Shown piece by piece: positions 40,053 through 44,236 of a stretch of 44,236 nt of DNA (positions within the stretch are counted from its first letter, which is position 1; every line of letters begins with the position of its first letter). The position numbers and the translations under genes were made by a program. The stretch covers positions 1 to 44,236 of the forward strand of contig CAZACF010000001.1 of assembly GCA_964483565.1 (NCBI GenBank), read 5' to 3'. Below the pieces are notes generated by a model that was not told the origin of the DNA, did no database searches, and worked only from the letters and a program-made list of their open reading frames with translations. The stretch comes from an uncultured Syntrophomonas sp. (GTDB lineage: Bacteria > Bacillota > Syntrophomonadia > Syntrophomonadales > Syntrophomonadaceae).

Positions 40053-40376
40053 ATGATCATAACTACCAGTCAAACCGTACAAAACAGATCGATTCAAAAT
40101 TATCTCGGTCTAGTTTCCGGTGAGTCCATCCTGGGGCCAAAATTTATGGAGACGGTCTTAAACGGCGTAAATAGTTCCCAAGGATGTACCGGTGCGTGCA
40201 AACCTGCTGTAGACGATGCCAGAAATTTTGCTATCGAAGAAATGACCAATAAGGCAGAACAATTGGGTGCAGAAGCTGTAATTGCGATTGATATTGACTA
40301 TGTTGAATTGAAGGAACAAATGCTATTAATATCAGTCAGCGGTACAGCAGTAAAGCTGGTTGAATATAGAGATTGA
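40053..40376 (+). CDS. YbjQ (UPF0145) family protein
   Basis: MIITT, YLGLVSGE, AR..AIEEM..KA..LGA.AVI.IDIDY, VSGTAVK. Confidence 0.9.
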   Translation: MIITTSQTVQNRSIQNYLGLVSGESILGPKFMETVLNGVNSSQGCTGACKPAVDDARNFAIEEMTNKAEQLGAEAVIAIDIDYVELKEQMLLISVSGTAVKLVEYRD

Positions 40377-40392
40377 TTGTCTATTGAACATG

Positions 40393-40421
40393 ACTGCCAC
40401 TTTAAAGGTGGCAGTTTTTTT
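40393..40421 (+). terminator. Intrinsic terminator
   Basis: ACTGCCAC-tttaaag-GTGGCAGT-TTTTTT. Confidence 0.85.
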
Positions 40422-40485
40422 GTTTAAAAATAAGTTTTTTCCATAAGCTAATTATCAGAAACATGAAAAATATGAGGTGAACCAT

Positions 40486-41382
40486 TTGAGGATTAAGAAC
40501 CGTGTAATATTAATTACAATAGTAATTGCAGTAATAACATTTTCCCCCGGTTGTTCCGGTTCGAGCAAGAATAAAGAGAGTAAAAAACCAACCCAGTAAT
40601 CTTCGCAAAAGCCCCCTGAAGAATTAAAAAAAATGAACACTGATATCGAGACAATTATTTCTTATCTTGGCAAACAAATAACAGAAAACAATTCTGCCGG
40701 ACAAATGAAAGCTTCTGATTCGAGTTCAAGCCAAAATAAAAATGCTGAGCAAAATAAAAAAAATAAATCGAATGATGCTCAAACCAAATCAACCCAAAAA
40801 GAACAGCAAGCCGGGCAGGCAAATGCCAATCCTTCCATGCAGCTGCAAAAAAGTTGGCAGACATTGCAAACAAAGTCCATGGATATTCATATGAATTGGA
40901 ATAAAGTAGAATCTGAAGCAATCAAGGCAGGAATGTCTGTTGCAGAGAGAAATGATTTTAAAGTCGCAATGGAAAATTTGACTGTAGAAATAAGTAATAA
41001 GGATAAGATCAAAAGTATGAAGGCTGCGGTCGAGCTGTACGGCCAATATGGAAATTTGGCCAAAGTATTCAACACCACTATCCCGGCCGATTATTATAAA
41101 ACCAAGTATGATGTGATGGCATCCGGCATTGAAGCGATGGAAGGGGAGTGGGATAAAGCAGGCGAGCGGATGACCCGTCTAAAGGATGATTGGAACAGTT
41201 TGAAAATGCAAGCGAAAGATCTTGATGAAAAACTGTTGAATCGCAGCGATCTGTCTATGGATGATTTTGCGGCAGCGGTGGCAGGGAAAAATAAAGAGCT
41301 GTTAATCATCAAAGCCCAGATTGTGATGGCTAACCTGCAGCAAATTGAAAAGTCCCTGGCCAAGTCGAAGAATAGGCAATAG
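40486..41382 (+). pseudogene. Helical lipoprotein interrupted by an in-frame TAA at 40597-40599
   Basis: GAGGTG SD, TTG start and signal peptide MRIKNRVILITIVIAVITFSPGC in frame with ORF 40633-41382; stop at codon 38. Confidence 0.8.
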
Positions 41383-41536
41383 GTGATGTGGCCGCAAAAA
41401 CCTTGTTTTCGTTTCGTCACAGCCGGTTAAACCTGCGACCTATTCTGGCCAGGGCAGTCAGGATAAAACAAATGAACAATTTTACAGGGGAAATCCTTTC
41501 CTATACCCAAGCACTCAGCCAATTATATTGATATTC

Positions 41537-41578
41537 TCCGTGCAACAAATGTTTCACGGGAAACATTTGTTGCACGGA
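41537..41578. repeat. Perfect 19-bp inverted repeat centred on a parS/NBS-like 16-mer
   Basis: TCCGTGCAACAAATGTTTC-acgg-GAAACATTTGTTGCACGGA; core TGTTTCACGGGAAACA. Confidence 0.85.
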
Positions 41579-41601
41579 AACCTTATGGCTGTTTTTCTTT
41601 G

Positions 41602-43152
41602 CTAGGCCCAGATCATGGTCAGGATAGCCGCTACCAGGGTGAAGGCGAGGGCAATGGGGATGACTATTTTGATGACTTTGGATTCTACACCAATACTATC
41701 AATAGTAGCGGCAGCGTTTTGCAGTTTAGCCGGAGATATAACACTGGCCAGTCCACCGGCAATGGCAGTGCCTGCAGTAACTACCAGAGGGTTGATACTT
41801 AGTAAATCCGAGGTAAGCAGATTATACTTGGTGAAAAGCGCAATCGTGGAGGCTTCACTGCCGCTGACAAAACCGCCCAGCAAACCTAGAAAAGCCGCCG
41901 CAGCCGGGTAGAGGCTTTGGAAAAAGCTGGCCGAACTTACCGCTAGCACAGATATCATATTATTATCAGCGTTGACCAAGGCCCAGCCTTGTTCGGATGG
42001 AGTATAGCCGGAATAGGTCATGACATAAGCGATGGCAAAAAATATGGCCGCGGAGAAAGTAGGACGCGGAGCACGCTTCCACCATTTTTTCATAATCTCT
42101 TTCCATTGTGCCTTGCTGGGTTTGATAAAAGGAACCGCTAGTAGGGTGCTGATAATAACCCAGGTGTAAGCATTCCACAGCATTCTGGTATTAATCGGTT
42201 TGCCCCCCGGGATGATGTTCAGGGGCATGGCCAGATCTTTAAATAGCCAATTGAACAGCGGAGGCCAGAAATTTATCACCAGACATGCGCTGATTAAAAT
42301 CAGCCAGGGAGCCAGCGCTTTCGACAATGACATATGGCGTTCGATTTCTTTTTCTTGTTCGGTTACGCAGCTGCGATCCAGCAAAGGCTTGCCTTGCAGC
42401 TTGAGGTAAACAATCATGACCAGCACGGTGGCTGCACCTGCGATGACACCGGTCAAAACAATTCCTTTGCCGACATGGGCTACCAGCATGGCTGTAAAGC
42501 CCATGGTCAAACCAGCCAGCAAACAGGGGATCAAGCCTTCTCTAACCTTGCTCCATCCGCCAATGAGCAGCAACATGCCCAGACCTATCATGGTGGAGAT
42601 GATTGGCATGAATTGAGAAAATACCAGCGCCGAATCATTTAGCGAGGTGCCGGTCATATCCGCAAACACCACCAGCGGAGCGCCTAACAGGGCATAAGTA
42701 CAAAGCGAATCGAAACCGATGGCGGGCAGCGCCACCGCCACAAAAGTGGAATAGCCCAAAGCCAGCATAATCGGCGGCAGGATCGAGACCGGGGTTGCAC
42801 CGACCGAAACCAATAGCGTGCCAATCCCCATGTTAATAATCATGACCTGAACGACCTGATCATTTTTAGCCAGGGTTTTCACAAAAACCACGATTCTTTT
42901 TAATGCGCCGGTGGCTTCAAGAAAGGTAATTTGAAAAATAGAGGTCAAAACCATCAATGAAACCGGAAATGATGCCACGATTCCTGCTAAACTAGCAGTC
43001 AAACCGACCTGCAGCGAGGTGTGAAAGAAAAGAAAGGCGATAACAACCGCAAAGATCCATCCGATCAATCCACTGATATCCGCTGACCATTTTGCCCAAA
43101 CCAGCAAAATCAGCACAACAACGACCGGTATCAGTGTTAACAGTACACTCAC
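41602..43152 (-). CDS. L-lactate permease (LctP) family transporter
   Basis: Many TM helices; LGLLGGFVSGSE, GGLASVISPAKLQNAAA; GTG start after AGGAGG. Confidence 0.8.
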   Translation of the reverse strand: MSVLLTLIPVVVVLILLVWAKWSADISGLIGWIFAVVIAFLFFHTSLQVGLTASLAGIVASFPVSLMVLTSIFQITFLEATGALKRIVVFVKTLAKNDQVVQVMIINMGIGTLLVSVGATPVSILPPIMLALGYSTFVAVALPAIGFDSLCTYALLGAPLVVFADMTGTSLNDSALVFSQFMPIISTMIGLGMLLLIGGWSKVREGLIPCLLAGLTMGFTAMLVAHVGKGIVLTGVIAGAATVLVMIVYLKLQGKPLLDRSCVTEQEKEIERHMSLSKALAPWLILISACLVINFWPPLFNWLFKDLAMPLNIIPGGKPINTRMLWNAYTWVIISTLLAVPFIKPSKAQWKEIMKKWWKRAPRPTFSAAIFFAIAYVMTYSGYTPSEQGWALVNADNNMISVLAVSSASFFQSLYPAAAAFLGLLGGFVSGSEASTIALFTKYNLLTSDLLSINPLVVTAGTAIAGGLASVISPAKLQNAAATIDSIGVESKVIKIVIPIALAFTLVAAILTMIWA

Positions 43153-43397
43153 AAAACCATCCTCCTATACTACATTATGAAATTACATCTATGTGCCAGA
43201 CAAACCAAACCAAGCCAAACTACAATACTACAGGTTAATAAATTATTTGCCGCACATTTCTAATATAATATCATATTCCTATTGTATTTGACCATATGTA
43301 TGTTTTTGTTTCCTTTTGTTAATGGCTGTGAAAAACGCACTGACCAATAAACGTCAATAGTATGATGCTGACTGAGAAAATAATGAATCACAATATG

Positions 43398-43898
43398 CTA
43401 TTTATTACGCATCAGCTTAGCCAGCCAGCCGGATTTTTTATCGGCTGTTTCCGCTCGCAGTTCCCCCAACAATTCATCCCATCTAGCGGTGTTTTCCAGA
43501 TGCATTTTATTTTGGATTTCTTCCAGCAACTGCAATTTCTGCTGCATAATTTTATTTTGCTCCAGGATCTCATCATTTTGCTGCATAATATTGCGGGCGA
43601 CCGTTACCATTTCGACTAAATCAGCGGCATTATAAACCTGAGGGCTGGTACTTTCATTATGGTTAGCCTCATTTAAGTTTTCCAAAGCCAATTTTATAGC
43701 CGTACTGTTAAGCCCCTTTTCATTTTTTAGTTGCAAAATCAACCGTAAGGTATCCAGATCAGCATCAGTGTAAAGTCGTTCACCCCGCTCATCACGCTTG
43801 ATTTTCAACTTTAAGCTGCTTTCCAGATAGCGCAAAGTATAGGGTTCTATCTGCAGCATTTCAGAGACCTCACCAATTTTATAATAAATCTCCTTCAT
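43398..43898 (-). CDS. MerR-type HTH, coiled-coil protein with amphipathic C-terminus (RacA/DUF3967-like)
   Basis: YKIGEVSEML.IEPYTLRY.E..RDERGERLYT..D HTH; Q/E/L-rich coiled coil; KKSGWLAKLMRNK tail. Confidence 0.8.
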   Translation of the reverse strand: MKEIYYKIGEVSEMLQIEPYTLRYLESSLKLKIKRDERGERLYTDADLDTLRLILQLKNEKGLNSTAIKLALENLNEANHNESTSPQVYNAADLVEMVTVARNIMQQNDEILEQNKIMQQKLQLLEEIQNKMHLENTARWDELLGELRAETADKKSGWLAKLMRNK

Positions 43899-44118
43899 CT
43901 TGTAACCTTTCCTCTCCTGGCTTCATAAATTGTTATTAGCCAAGTCAAAACTGATATTATTCAATCAGCGACGCATTCTCAGCTTAATAAACCTTTATTA
44001 CATCCTGGCAAATCAGCAAGTATTTGTGAGCATCATTATCAGACTCATTGACAGGCGAACTTTCCCCTCTTTTTCGCTCATGATATAAATAAAGATTATT
44101 TCTATTTATATATGAGCA

Positions 44119-44153
44119 AAGCCGTCCAATCATGTTCGGACGGCTTCTTTTTT
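44119..44153 (+). terminator. Intrinsic terminator, U-tract strongest on +
   Basis: AAGCCGTCC-aatcatgttc-GGACGGCTT-CTTTTTT. Confidence 0.75.
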
Positions 44154-44236
44154 ATATGAGCATAAGAATATTCAAGTACCGCGATATTTCCTCAGCAAAG
44201 GCATCGACATCACGGTCTCATTTCATCTGGTGGATA

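Noticed and set aside
43183-43198. TGGCAC upstream of the permease as a sigma-54 promoter
   Set aside because: No TTGC at -12
378-43619. Numerous short ORFs antisense to or overlapping known genes (e.g. 12427-13176, 22731-23312, 37358-37885)
   Set aside because: Shadow frames of well-supported genes; no RBS or motifs
44152-44236. Minus-strand frame IHQMK*DRDVDAFAEEISRYLNILMLI* with in-frame TGA (Sec or pseudogene)
   Set aside because: Truncated by the window edge; no SECIS-like hairpin; true frame undeterminable

Overview
A mostly housekeeping chromosomal segment from a Clostridia-type Firmicute. The gene content (fatty-acid CoA transferase and acyl-CoA dehydrogenase, dapL pathway, sporulation-type genes) suggests a Syntrophomonas-like anaerobe, but that is inference. 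From 1 to 29.2 kb all genes are on +: M19 dipeptidase, PHP, LysM-NlpC/P60 hydrolase, a hypothetical protein, a degenerate UDG-like Fe-S protein, Ca-type P-ATPase, dapF-dapL, the conserved yloC-remA-gmk-rpoZ-coaBC-metK-priA-def-fmt-DUF116-yugP-rsmB-rlmN-prpC-prkC-rsgA-rpe cluster, and an FMN-riboswitch-led ribD-ribE-ribBA-ribH operon. From 29.9 to 44.2 kb most genes are on -: metNIQ, a TIGR01212 radical SAM gene (+), a degraded surface-protein remnant beside tRNA-Leu(CAG), a PG-binding NlpC/P60 hydrolase, CoA transferase plus acyl-CoA dehydrogenase, YbjQ (+), a nonsense-interrupted lipoprotein (+), a lactate-permease-family transporter and a RacA-like MerR-HTH protein. I see no CRISPR array, integrase or transposase. 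The best unexplained signals are: a promoter-to-terminator candidate ncRNA made of two abutting ~145-nt stem-closed domains (29.58-29.92 kb); a ~170-nt rod-like RNA candidate (33.16-33.33 kb); a parS/Noc-like site inside a 19-bp inverted repeat near the RacA-like gene; an apparent AUA start for ribE; a possible internal start in prkC; and a catalytically degenerate, Cys-rich UDG homologue. All calls were made by eye, with no database searches or folding computations.
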